NCBI GenBank assembly: GCA_964606505.1
Contig: CAZSGM010000003.1
Span: forward strand, 44,696 to 108,695
Source: an uncultured Lachnospiraceae bacterium
GTDB lineage: Bacteria; Bacillota; Clostridia; Christensenellales; UBA1242
Length of the DNA stretch: 64,000 nucleotides
Direction: 5' to 3'
The position numbers and the translations under genes were made by a program. This document shows positions 23,191 through 34,621 of the stretch, in pieces; the stretch's first letter is position 1, and every line of letters starts with the position of its first letter. The notes under the pieces were generated by a model. The model saw nothing but the letters and a program-made list of their open reading frames with translations, did not search any database and was not told the DNA's origin.

Positions 23191-25386
23191 TTAACTCAAA
23201 TTTTGCTGATTAATTTCAACAAATAACGAGACTTTTACGTCCTTATTTTGGTCTACAATGTTGTAAATCTTTTGGATAATTTCTTCGTGCAGCGCCGCCT
23301 TGTACCTAATAAGAATTTGGTATCTAAACTTGTTTTGTATCCTCTTGACAGGCGAATTCATTGCCTCAACAAAATACACATCGCTGCCGTAATCTTTCAA
23401 AATCTCCTTAACCTTAAAGTAAATTTTTGAAAGATACTCCTTAACTCTCACTTCGTCGCCACCAACGAACAAAAGTCGTACAATTTTTGAAAACGGCGGG
23501 AAATTGGTGGTTTCGCGCAAATTAATTTCGCTATCGTAAAAGGCATTATAGTTGTTTTCAATCGCCTTTCGATAGACAAAGTGCTTAGGAGTGTAAGTTT
23601 GCAAAACGACCGTCCCTTCTTTTTGTGCGCGCCCACAACGCCCAGCAACCTGCGTAATCAACTGAAACGTCCTCTCGTTGCTCCTAAAGTCGGAAAAGTG
23701 CAAACTCAAATCAGCGTCGATAATACCGACAAACGCAACATCGCCAAAGTCGTGTCCTTTCGCAACCATCTGAGTTCCGACCAAAATTGCAGGTTTACAC
23801 TCGCCAAACTTCTTTAGTATCTCCATATGTGAGTTTTTAGTCTTAGTAGTGTCGTTGTCCATTCTAAAAATCGGCACTTTTGGAAACGCCTTTTGTAGTT
23901 CCTCAACAACACGCTGCGTCCCAACCGCACCCTGCTTAATTTTCTCGCTCTTGCACTGCGGACAACGCGTTAATACCTTAAAACGCTTCCCGCAAAAGTG
24001 GCATTTTAACTGATTATCTTCCTTGTGCAAAACAAGCGAAACATCGCAGTCGGTACATTTTGCAACATATCCGCAATCGACACACCTCATAAACGAAGAA
24101 TAACCACGTCTATTGATAAAAACGATTGCTTGGTTTCCGTCGTCAATACATTTTTTTAGTTCATCTTGAAACTTATACGAGAACAACGACGAGTTGCCGC
24201 GAGATAACTCTGCACACATATCGATAACAGTTATTTTAGGCAATTCCTTGTTGTTGGCGCGATTTTTCATTGTTAGAAGTTGCAAACTCCCCTCTTCCGC
24301 ACGATGAAAGGACTCAATACTTGGAGTTGCGCTACCCAACACAAATATGCAATCATTGTAACGGGCTCTAAACTCCGCAACCTCGTGCGTGTTGTATCGA
24401 GGATTGCTTTCACTAATATAACTGTTGTCGTGCTCTTCGTCGATAATTATCGCCCCAATGTTTTCAATTGGCGCAAAAATTGCCGAACGTACGCCAACGA
24501 CAATGTTGGCTTTTTTAGCAAAAATTCGTTGCCACTCATCATATCTTTCGCCGCTAGATAATCCGCTGTGCAAAATTGCCACATTGTCCCCAAATCTGCT
24601 GGTAAAATTAGATAAAACCTGCCCTGTAAGCGAGATTTCGGGCACGAGCATTATTGCCGTTTTGCCCCGCGAAACACAGTCCTCGATTATGCGCATATAA
24701 ATTTCAGTTTTTCCGCTTCCTGTAACGCCGTGTAGCAAAAACCTGCCGCTCGGAGTCCCCAAAATCGTCTGAAGGGTTGTTTGCTGCTCAGTTGTCAGTG
24801 TTATGCTTTTGTTTTCAATTTCATAAACTTTGGGGCGCCTATCCACGACTTGCTCACAAATTGTAAGTACGCCCTTTTCTTCAAGTGCCTTAACTGCGCC
24901 ACGCGAAAAAACATTGCAGACCTTCGTGTAGTCCGCGACGGGATTTGCGCGCAAATAGCACAGTAAGTTATGCTGCTGATTGGCGTTCTTTCTAATATCA
25001 ACTTGCGCTGCAATATTTTTGTAGTTCTCATTTAGTACGACAAAGTTCTTAATTTTTTCCCTAACCTTGCCCCCTCGCATTTCGGACGGCAAAAAAAGTC
25101 TTAGGATGTCAACCATTCGCAAGTGGTATTCTTGTTTCATAAAATCTGCCAACTTAAACATTTCTTCACGAATAACTGGCTCTTTAGTTAAAATATCGGT
25201 AACTGGCTTCAATTTCTCAGCTGGGACATCCGATTTTTCCTTAAGATTGACAACGAACCCCTCAATTTGTTTATTGCCAAAAGGGACTAACACTAATTGC
25301 CCACGTTGCAGTCCCTCTATGATCATATAATCAAAAATTTTATCTATGGATTCAGATGACAAATCTACAATGACCTCTGCAATCAT
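23191..25386 (-). CDS. priA: Primosomal replication restart helicase PriA
   Basis: Walker A GVTGSGKTE, DEEHD, and Cys-rich zinc insertion CVDCGYVAKCTDCDVSLVLH...CHFCG...CPQC. Confidence 0.95.
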   Translation of the reverse strand: MIAEVIVDLSSESIDKIFDYMIIEGLQRGQLVLVPFGNKQIEGFVVNLKEKSDVPAEKLKPVTDILTKEPVIREEMFKLADFMKQEYHLRMVDILRLFLPSEMRGGKVREKIKNFVVLNENYKNIAAQVDIRKNANQQHNLLCYLRANPVADYTKVCNVFSRGAVKALEEKGVLTICEQVVDRRPKVYEIENKSITLTTEQQTTLQTILGTPSGRFLLHGVTGSGKTEIYMRIIEDCVSRGKTAIMLVPEISLTGQVLSNFTSRFGDNVAILHSGLSSGERYDEWQRIFAKKANIVVGVRSAIFAPIENIGAIIIDEEHDNSYISESNPRYNTHEVAEFRARYNDCIFVLGSATPSIESFHRAEEGSLQLLTMKNRANNKELPKITVIDMCAELSRGNSSLFSYKFQDELKKCIDDGNQAIVFINRRGYSSFMRCVDCGYVAKCTDCDVSLVLHKEDNQLKCHFCGKRFKVLTRCPQCKSEKIKQGAVGTQRVVEELQKAFPKVPIFRMDNDTTKTKNSHMEILKKFGECKPAILVGTQMVAKGHDFGDVAFVGIIDADLSLHFSDFRSNERTFQLITQVAGRCGRAQKEGTVVLQTYTPKHFVYRKAIENNYNAFYDSEINLRETTNFPPFSKIVRLLFVGGDEVRVKEYLSKIYFKVKEILKDYGSDVYFVEAMNSPVKRIQNKFRYQILIRYKAALHEEIIQKIYNIVDQNKDVKVSLFVEINQQNLS

Positions 25387-25388
25387 CC

Positions 25389-25592
25389 TTAATCCTCATT
25401 CATTGTAACTTTTTTCTCGACAATTTCGTCAAGTGCTTTAGAAATTTCTTTCTTATCCGCAGGGTTGCTTGGTGTCCCCTCGTAATAAATTTTGTTAGCG
25501 ATTTCTTTTGCTCTTTTTTCAGCCAAAATGCAAAGTTTGTATTTGTTGTTGTCGGTACATTTTAGCAAAGCTTCGATAGATGGTTCAATCAT
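25389..25592 (-). CDS. rpoZ: DNA-directed RNA polymerase subunit omega
   Basis: 67 aa, PSIEALL...NKYKLCILAEKRAKEI. The SD is AGGAG. Confidence 0.85.
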   Translation of the reverse strand: MIEPSIEALLKCTDNNKYKLCILAEKRAKEIANKIYYEGTPSNPADKKEISKALDEIVEKKVTMNED

Positions 25593-25601
25593 TTTATTCT
25601 C

Positions 25602-27035
25602 CTAATTATCCAAAATCTCTTTAATTAATTTGCTTGCAATTTGCGCGTTAGACTTCCCGCCTGTGCGTTTCATTAGTTGCCCAATAAAGAATGACAACGC
25701 TTTCGCGTTCCCGCCCTTATAGTCAGCTACAGATTGAGGGAACTCAGCAATTATTTCTTCAACAAGTTTCTTAAGTTCCCCAACGTCATTGTTTTGCTTC
25801 AAGCCGCGTGCTTCAACAAGTTTTACGCAATCCTCGTCGCTCAACCAAATTTCATCAAACAACTCCCTGCAGGTCGCTTGGCTAATTTCATTGGTTTCGT
25901 ACATTTTCATAAGGTTTGCAAAGTTTTGAGCCCCAACAGGAATAACAATATCCTCTTCCTCGCCCTCTTTAACCTTTTTGAGTAACGTTGTCAAAATGAA
26001 GTTGCACACAAATTTTGGCGAATGATAAAAGCTGATGACTTTCTCAAAGTATTTTACCAAATTTAAATCAGTTGTCAATACTTTTGCGTCATATTCGCTC
26101 AACCCAAGTTCATTTACGTACTCCAAAATCTTTTCTTCGCGCAATTTTGGCATTGATTTTTTAACTTCATCAACCAAACTACGCTCAATTTTAAACGGCA
26201 ATAAATCTGGGTCAGGAAAATACCTATAATCTTGCGCGTCCTCTTTTCTACGCATTGAGAAACTACGGTTTCTCGCGTCGTCCCAGCGCCTTGTTTCTTG
26301 AATAACTGGTTCGCCCTCGTCGAGCAACCTTGATTGTCTCTTGTACTCATATTCAATTGCTCTAGCAACCGAGCGGAATGAGTTTAGGTTTTTCATTTCG
26401 GCACGAACACCCAAAACAGGCGAGCCCTTTGGTTTTAGCGAAACGTTTACGTCGCAACGCAGAGACCCCTGCTCCATCTTACAGTCTGAAACCTCAATAA
26501 ACTGCAAAATGCTCTTAAGTTTTGCCAAGTACGCAACCGCCTCTTCGGCACTGCTCATATCAGCCTCGCTGACAATCTCGATAAGCGGAACGCCGCCACG
26601 GTTGTAGTCAATTTGCGTACCGCCCAACTTTGAGTTGTGGATTAACTTTCCCGCATCCTCTTCAAGGTGAATTCTGTTAAGTCTAATAAACTTCTTCTCC
26701 CCATTTTCTTTCTCAATTTCAACGCCGCCACCAATACAAATAGGTCTAACAGCCTGAGAAATTTGGTAAGCCTTCGCTAAGTCTGGATAAAAGTAGTTTT
26801 TTCTTTCAAAAATAGCAATGTCATTTATCTCGCAACCAACTGCAAGCCCCGCCTTAATACACATCTTAACGGCTTCTTTGTTTGGAATTGGCAACGCACC
26901 TGGTAAACCTATACAAACTGGGCAGCAGTTTGAGTTTGGCTCGCCTCCGAATTCGTTTTTACAACTACAAAACACCTTGGACTTAGTTTTCAGCTCCGAG
27001 TGAACCTCAAGCCCAATAACAATATCGTAATCCAT
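25602..27035 (-). CDS. gatB: Asp/Glu-tRNA(Asn/Gln) amidotransferase subunit B
   Basis: IGLEVHSEL, DYNRGGVPLIEIVSE, and the C-terminal YqeY-like tail. Confidence 0.96.
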   Translation of the reverse strand: MDYDIVIGLEVHSELKTKSKVFCSCKNEFGGEPNSNCCPVCIGLPGALPIPNKEAVKMCIKAGLAVGCEINDIAIFERKNYFYPDLAKAYQISQAVRPICIGGGVEIEKENGEKKFIRLNRIHLEEDAGKLIHNSKLGGTQIDYNRGGVPLIEIVSEADMSSAEEAVAYLAKLKSILQFIEVSDCKMEQGSLRCDVNVSLKPKGSPVLGVRAEMKNLNSFRSVARAIEYEYKRQSRLLDEGEPVIQETRRWDDARNRSFSMRRKEDAQDYRYFPDPDLLPFKIERSLVDEVKKSMPKLREEKILEYVNELGLSEYDAKVLTTDLNLVKYFEKVISFYHSPKFVCNFILTTLLKKVKEGEEEDIVIPVGAQNFANLMKMYETNEISQATCRELFDEIWLSDEDCVKLVEARGLKQNNDVGELKKLVEEIIAEFPQSVADYKGGNAKALSFFIGQLMKRTGGKSNAQIASKLIKEILDN

Positions 27036-28489
27036 TATTTGACCTCTCTAATTGAAAAATAGTTTTTCTCAAAGTAATCCCCTGCATTAAACAATGTTTT
27101 TTCGCTAAATCTGTTACCAATCAATTGCATTCCAAGTGGCAAACCCGACTTGCTAACTCCGCACGGAATTGAAATTGCTGGCAAAGTCGCAATGTTAACT
27201 GGAACTGTGTAGATATCGTTCAAATACATTTCAAGTGGATTATCAATTTTTTCGCCGATTTTAAATGCTGGGCTTGGCGTCGTTGGAGATATAATTATGT
27301 CGCATTTTTCAAACGCTTTCTCAAATTCGTCGATAATTAAGTTTTGAACAGCCTTTGCCTTGTTATAGTAAGCGTCAAAGTAGCCGCTTGACAAAACGAA
27401 GTTCCCGAGCATAATTCTACGCTTAACTTCCTTGCCAAAACCATTTGAGCGCGCCTTAACATAGTAATCAATTAAATCCTTGTGCTCCTCTGGCGCAACA
27501 CCATACTTAATACCATCGAAACGCGCCAAGTTTGAAGCCGCTTCAGCGCTAGACAAAATATAGTAAACTGCAAGCGCATCCTTGATGTGAGACAAACCAA
27601 TTTCGACCTTTTCAGCACCATTTGATACATAAAAATCAATTGCATTTTGAATTGATTGCTTAACTTCCGGATTTGTAAGCGACTCAAAAAACTCTTTCGC
27701 GATACCAATTTTTAATCCCTTAACTGACCCAGTAAACGACTCAGCGTAGTAATTCTCTTTCGCGTGCTTAACGCTTGTAAACTCGTTTTCATCGTGCCCT
27801 GCGATAGCGTCGAGCATTATGCTGCTATCTCTGACGCTCTTAGTGATTGGCCCTACTTGGTCAAGTGATGACGCAAAAGCAACAACACCAAATCGAGAAA
27901 CAAGCCCGTAAGTTGGCTTTAATCCAACAACCCCACAGAAAGATGAAGGTTGCCTAATTGAACCGCCCGTATCTGTCCCGAGTGATGCACAACATTGGTC
28001 GCTTGCAACAGACGCCGCAGACCCACCTGACGAGCCCCCAGGGACACACTCACGATTCCAAGGGTTGCGAACAACACCAAATGCGCAGTTTTCTGAACTG
28101 CTACCCATCGCAAACTCGTCCATATTGGCTTTACCAACGATAATTGCGTCGTTTTCAAGTAGTTTGTTTACAACAGTTGCATTATATGGAGACTTGTAGT
28201 TCTCTAAAAATCTTGATGAACAAGTTGTAAATGTTCCGATTTTAGAAATGTTATCTTTTAAAACTATAGGTATCCCTGCAAGTTTTCCTAGTTTTTCTCC
28301 GTTCGCCCTCTTCTCGTCAACAATTTTAGCGCTTTCAAGTGCGCTTTCCTCGCAAACTTCGTGCAAAATATTGAGGTCTTTGATCCTATCAATCTTAGCA
28401 AACGCCAACTTAGTCAATTCAACCGAACTAATTTCTTTTGATTCAAGTTTAGCGCTAAGCTGCTCAATTGTTTCGTTTAAAATTTCCAT
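27035..28489 (-). CDS. gatA: Glu-tRNA(Gln) amidotransferase subunit A
   Basis: Amidase signature GGSSGGSAASVA and GTDTGGSIRQP. Confidence 0.96.
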   Translation of the reverse strand: MEILNETIEQLSAKLESKEISSVELTKLAFAKIDRIKDLNILHEVCEESALESAKIVDEKRANGEKLGKLAGIPIVLKDNISKIGTFTTCSSRFLENYKSPYNATVVNKLLENDAIIVGKANMDEFAMGSSSENCAFGVVRNPWNRECVPGGSSGGSAASVASDQCCASLGTDTGGSIRQPSSFCGVVGLKPTYGLVSRFGVVAFASSLDQVGPITKSVRDSSIMLDAIAGHDENEFTSVKHAKENYYAESFTGSVKGLKIGIAKEFFESLTNPEVKQSIQNAIDFYVSNGAEKVEIGLSHIKDALAVYYILSSAEAASNLARFDGIKYGVAPEEHKDLIDYYVKARSNGFGKEVKRRIMLGNFVLSSGYFDAYYNKAKAVQNLIIDEFEKAFEKCDIIISPTTPSPAFKIGEKIDNPLEMYLNDIYTVPVNIATLPAISIPCGVSKSGLPLGMQLIGNRFSEKTLFNAGDYFEKNYFSIREVK

Positions 28490-28773
28490 TATTCCACCAC
28501 CGTTGGCGCAACAAAGTAACCGTTGTACTTCTGAGGCGCATTTTCAATTATTTTATCTGTTGGAAGCGAAGGTTTAACCACATCTTCCCTCAATTCTTGA
28601 AACTCACGAATTGGCGTCTTGTCAACAATATTAGTTGTATCAACTTTTTGCAGTTGGTTTACATAATCAATTATTGATGCAAATTCGCTTGAAAATTTTT
28701 CAATTTCATTTTCATCAAACTCAAGCCTCGACAACGAAGCAAGACGTTTTATTTCTTTTTCAGTAATTTCCAT
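28489..28773 (-). CDS. gatC: Asp/Glu-tRNA amidotransferase subunit C
   Basis: MEITEKEIKRLASLSRLEFDENEIEKF. The ATG at 28773 follows GGAG. The track N-terminal extension overlaps the promoter. Confidence 0.9.
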   Translation of the reverse strand: MEITEKEIKRLASLSRLEFDENEIEKFSSEFASIIDYVNQLQKVDTTNIVDKTPIREFQELREDVVKPSLPTDKIIENAPQKYNGYFVAPTVVE

Positions 28774-28795
28774 AAAATTAATTCTCCAATTTTGA

Positions 28796-28824
28796 ATTAT
28801 ACCACATATTTGGCGTTTTTTCAA
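28796..28824 (-). promoter_or_regulatory. gatCAB promoter
   Basis: Minus strand reads TTGAAA (28824-28819), a 17-nt spacer, then TGgTATAAT (-10 at 28801-28796). Confidence 0.7.
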
Positions 28825-28958
28825 GCATATATGCCAAATCTTGCGCATATTTTTAACATAAATTGCCACAAAACGCAGTCAAATCACAGTTTCTTGTCTG
28901 CGTACGGCAACGAGCGCAAGTTTTTCGCCCGTTACGCAACACTTTTAGCGGCAAAATT

Positions 28959-30932
<1,974 letters not shown>

Positions 30933-30985
30933 TTATATGTTTTTATTATAAAACCCTATTAAACTTTTTTAATTAAATCTGCAGT

Positions 30986-33271
30986 CTACACCAGCGTTAG
31001 CGGCGAAACATCAAATGTCAATGTTTTAACCCCCACATCTTCAAATGCGACAGTAATTTCGTTTGCCGATTGCAACTTTGAAACGTCAATGATAACGCCG
31101 TTTCCAAATCGAGGGTGTTCAACTTTCGCCCCAACAACAAAACCGTCGTCTTGTTTTTCACTATCATTATTGAACAAATAAGAGTTATTGGAAGATGTTT
31201 TAGACCTAATGTTCAAACTGTCTTGTGTGGCGTACATTGTTTCAATTTTTCTGTACCCACCATCATTTTGCTTGTACGCGCTGCCATATCCGCTGCCGTA
31301 ACCACTGCCGCTGCCGTACGTGCCGACGTTATCGAGGTTACTCTTATTGAAACTTGAAATTTTAATGTTGGTCATCCCGTTGAGTTCGTCCAAGAAACGC
31401 GACTGCGCAAAAAAGTGTTTTTCCCCATATTTAAAGCGGCTTTGACACCTAGATAAGAATAGTTTTTCTTTTGCGCGCGTTACCGCAACGTAAAACAGAC
31501 GCCTTTCTTCCTCGATTTCGCTTTCGTCATCGTTTCTAATTATTGGGAAGTTCTCGTCCTCTAGCCCGACAACAAACACCGCCTTGTACTCAAGTCCCTT
31601 AACTGCGTGAATTGTCGCAAGCACAACCGAATCGGCCGTGTCGTCATTTTCGTCCGCGTCGCTAAGCAGCGTAACGGATTGCAAGTACTCGGACAGCGAG
31701 TCCTCAGGATATGTTTTTGAGTATGAATCAATTGAGGACAACAAATCGTCTATGTTCTTTAATCTGTTCTCGTTCTCAGTATCTTTTTTGTCGCTGTACG
31801 CCTCAGCTATATTGGCAATTTCGATAGTTTTCTTAACAACCTCAAGCAGTGTGCCTTGGCTTTGCAACTCAGTTAATGTTACTATTAACGAAGCAAAATC
31901 GGCAACCTTTTTACGTATTGCAGCAGGAAGTTCCATCAAATGATTACGCAATAGTTCCACAATAGAAACGTTTTTTGCCGACGCAAATGCTGTGAGCTGT
32001 TTAACTGTTGTTTGCCCTATCCCGCGCTTTGGGAAGTTAATTATTCTTAAGAGGCTCGCATTGTCACTGTTATTTACCATAACTCTCAAGTACGCAAGGA
32101 CGTTCTTGATTTCTGCGCGGTCATAGAACTTCATTCCGCCCAACATTTGGTACGGTATCCTACTATAGAGCAGGCTTTCCTCAATTGAACGGCTGAGGGC
32201 GTTGTAACGCATAAGTATCGCTATATCCTTGTATTTATACCCCGCATTCACCAGTTCTTTAATTCGCCTTGCTACAAACGTTGACTCTTCAGTGTCTTTG
32301 TATGCAATAAATAATTCAATTGGGTCTCCAACATTATTATCGGTATACAAAACCTTATCTAAACGTTGTGTGTTGTTTTTTATGACTCGATTTGCAAGTT
32401 CAATGATATTTTTAGAACAACGATAGTTCTGCTCAAGTTTAAAAATGCTAACATTTGGAAAATCATTTTTAAAGTTAAGGATATTTTCAATATTTGCGCC
32501 GCGCCAACCGTAAATGCACTGATCCTCATCGCCAACAACCATAATGTTCCCGTGTTTGCCTGCAAGCAACTTCGCGATGTCGTACTGCACTGTGTTTGTA
32601 TCCTGAAACTCGTCGATGTGTATGTACTTAAAACGCTCTTGATAAATTTCACGCACTTCCTTGTTTGTTTTCAACAAATAATACGTTTGATTTAGCAGGT
32701 CGTCAAAGTCGAAAGCGTTGTTGCTTTTCAACTGAACTTGATACGCATCGTAAACCTTGACAATATTCTCAATATTCTGTATGTAGCCAAACTCTTTTTG
32801 GTAAGCCTCACCTGTCAGGTTGAGGTTTTTTGCATTACTAATGTGGTAAATGCAATTCTTTTTCAACTCTTCATCCAAATCAAGTTCGGCCAGTATGTTT
32901 TTTATCAAAGTTTCTTTTTCTTGCTCGCCGTAGATAGAAAAGTTTTTGGTGTAACCAATTTTATCGGCGTGAGAGCGCAAGATACGTACGCACATTGAGT
33001 GAAATGTGCTTACCCAAAGCATTCCACTATCATATGTTATGCGCTCAACCCTCTCGCGCATCTCGGCAGCCGCCTTGTTTGTAAAGGTTATTGCCAAAAT
33101 ATTGTACGGGTCAACGCCCTGCTGGATTAAATAAGCAATTCGGTGTGTCAAAACTCTGGTTTTACCACTCCCAGCGCCAGCGGTAACCAAAACAGCGCCC
33201 TCTGTTTGAAGTACAGGGGCTTTTTGTTCTTCATTAAGTGAACTAATTAAATCAATGTTTTCTATAACCAT
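30986..33271 (-). CDS. pcrA: ATP-dependent DNA helicase PcrA (UvrD family)
   Basis: AGAGSGKTRVLTHRIAYL, DEFQDTN, and VTRAKEKL. The C-terminal region has a GSGSGYGSGYGSAY low-complexity tract. Confidence 0.95.
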   Translation of the reverse strand: MVIENIDLISSLNEEQKAPVLQTEGAVLVTAGAGSGKTRVLTHRIAYLIQQGVDPYNILAITFTNKAAAEMRERVERITYDSGMLWVSTFHSMCVRILRSHADKIGYTKNFSIYGEQEKETLIKNILAELDLDEELKKNCIYHISNAKNLNLTGEAYQKEFGYIQNIENIVKVYDAYQVQLKSNNAFDFDDLLNQTYYLLKTNKEVREIYQERFKYIHIDEFQDTNTVQYDIAKLLAGKHGNIMVVGDEDQCIYGWRGANIENILNFKNDFPNVSIFKLEQNYRCSKNIIELANRVIKNNTQRLDKVLYTDNNVGDPIELFIAYKDTEESTFVARRIKELVNAGYKYKDIAILMRYNALSRSIEESLLYSRIPYQMLGGMKFYDRAEIKNVLAYLRVMVNNSDNASLLRIINFPKRGIGQTTVKQLTAFASAKNVSIVELLRNHLMELPAAIRKKVADFASLIVTLTELQSQGTLLEVVKKTIEIANIAEAYSDKKDTENENRLKNIDDLLSSIDSYSKTYPEDSLSEYLQSVTLLSDADENDDTADSVVLATIHAVKGLEYKAVFVVGLEDENFPIIRNDDESEIEEERRLFYVAVTRAKEKLFLSRCQSRFKYGEKHFFAQSRFLDELNGMTNIKISSFNKSNLDNVGTYGSGSGYGSGYGSAYKQNDGGYRKIETMYATQDSLNIRSKTSSNNSYLFNNDSEKQDDGFVVGAKVEHPRFGNGVIIDVSKLQSANEITVAFEDVGVKTLTFDVSPLTLV

Positions 33272-33278
33272 AATGCTA

Positions 33279-33308
33279 AGTATAGCACATTATTTTCAAA
33301 TACCAAAA
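33279..33308 (-). promoter_or_regulatory. Extended -10 promoter placed for a leaderless pcrA mRNA
   Basis: Minus strand reads TGcTATACT (-10 at 33284-33279) followed by 7 nt (TAGCATT) and the ATG at 33271. No SD. The -35 is weak (TTGGTA). Confidence 0.5.
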
Positions 33309-33328
33309 TGTTTTTTAACGCTTTAATC

Positions 33329-33381
33329 ATTTACTTAAAGACAAAACATTATCATTCTAAAAACAAATTTACTTAAAGACA
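33329..33381. repeat. Two identical 15-mers ATTTACTTAAAGACA, 38 bp apart
   Basis: 33329-33343 and 33367-33381, upstream of the pcrA promoter. Confidence 0.8.
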
Positions 33382-33431
33382 TTTGGCGGTTTCCCAAAAA
33401 TGTACAAACCGCTATTTCCCTAACCCTACAA

Positions 33432-33463
33432 ACAAAAAAGTAGCAACAATAAAATGTTGCTAC
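33432..33463 (-). terminator. Rho-independent terminator of the 138-aa hypothetical gene
   Basis: Minus strand reads GTAGCAACA-TTTTAT-TGTTGCTAC followed by TTTTTTGTTTG. Confidence 0.75.
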
Positions 33464-33513
33464 TATAAGTTTAACGCGCAAAACTGCATTGTGAAATTCA
33501 CGCCCGCACAAAT

Positions 33514-33930
33514 TTAGTTTACCATATTCAATGGGTATGGGTGCTCCTCTGCGTATCGCTCTTTCATTCTAACAAAACGGTCAGAAAGCTTTAATATGTA
33601 ATTTTGTCTATCCCTCTCATTTAGATTGTCATAAATGCTATGGTCAATCAATCTTGAAAGCGGACTCATTAAAAACTCACTCGTCTCCAACACTTCACAA
33701 ACCTTTTTGTAAAACTCCTCATCGTCATTAACTTGAGCAGCCTCTTCGCTATTATATATTCGCTGCATAATTTTTCTTTTAAATTGTTCGCGTGCAACCT
33801 CTGCCGATTGCCCATTTGCTACCGCTTCGGCGACAAACTTTTCTCTTTCTTCGTTTACTTTCGTCCAAAACCCGCTTTTCATTCTTTTCCTAGCTTCTTT
33901 AGCATACTGCTTCAATGTTTTTGCTTGCAT
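33514..33930 (-). CDS. Hypothetical protein (138 aa, charged/helical, no recognised domain)
   Basis: Good SD (AAAGGAG) and its own terminator. I could not recognise a family. Confidence 0.65.
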   Translation of the reverse strand: MQAKTLKQYAKEARKRMKSGFWTKVNEEREKFVAEAVANGQSAEVAREQFKRKIMQRIYNSEEAAQVNDDEEFYKKVCEVLETSEFLMSPLSRLIDHSIYDNLNERDRQNYILKLSDRFVRMKERYAEEHPYPLNMVN

Positions 33931-34270
33931 TTTTATACGTCTCCTTTCAACGTTGATTTAGTTTACCAAATTTTGTACAAAAATCAAAGCGTTTTATGGC
34001 GTTTTTTACAAAATTATATAAAAATGTCAAAAATCGACATCTGAAGCCATTTTGAAGTGAATTTATAACCACCGACACAGATAAACTTGGGACAAAACAA
34101 CAAAATTCTAGTTGTAACACCTTTTTAGTGCCTAAGCGACACAAAACTAGCATTACTTGCAGCAACTATTTAGGGATTTAGACATAAAAATGGACAGCGT
34201 CATTTTTACTTTCGTATTAGATAACCCCGTCTAAATTCCCCCTCTCCCCATAATTGCACCGCCCGCAAAA

Positions 34271-34294
34271 CAAAAAAAGTGGGATAACCCACTT
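34271..34294 (-). terminator. rpsU terminator
   Basis: Minus strand reads AAGTGGG-TTAT-CCCACTT followed by TTTTTTTG. Confidence 0.75.
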
Positions 34295-34301
34295 GAAAAA
34301 A

Positions 34302-34481
34302 TTATGATTTTCTAATTCTTTTTCTTGCTGCTTCTTCTTTCTTTTTGCGTTGTACACTTGGTTTTTCGTAAGCTTCCTTCTTGCGAATATCGCCTATGAT
34401 ACCATCTTTTTGGCACTTACGCTTAAAACGCTTTAATGCGCTATCCAAAGATTCATTAGCTCCAACCTTAACGGATGTCAT
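34302..34481 (-). CDS. rpsU: 30S ribosomal protein S21 (59 aa; below the ORF-track cutoff)
   Basis: My own translation gives [59 protein letters not shown]. The SD is AGGTGGTG. Confidence 0.9.
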   Translation of the reverse strand: MTSVKVGANESLDSALKRFKRKCQKDGIIGDIRKKEAYEKPSVQRKKKEEAARKRIRKS

Positions 34482-34516
34482 TGATTTTCACCACCTATTT
34501 TTTAAAAGTTGAATGT

Positions 34517-34545
34517 ATTTTATCATATATAGTATTATTTGTCAA
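34517..34545 (-). promoter_or_regulatory. rpsU promoter
   Basis: Minus strand reads TTGACA (34545-34540), a 17-nt spacer, then TAAAAT (34522-34517). Confidence 0.7.
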
Positions 34546-34566
34546 GCGATTTTGTGCATATAACAC

Positions 34567-34621
34567 ACATTTACTTGACTTTTCACATTTACTTGTCTTT
34601 CCACTATTTACTTGGCTTTTC
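34567..34621. repeat. Three tandem 18-19-bp direct repeats
   Basis: ACATTTACTTGACTTTTC / ACATTTACTTGTCTTTCC / ACTATTTACTTGGCTTTTC, immediately upstream of the rpsU -35. Confidence 0.85.

Noticed and set aside
34567-34621. The tandem repeats considered as a mini CRISPR array.
   Set aside because: The units are contiguous with no spacers, only 18-19 bp long and non-palindromic, and no cas genes are present.
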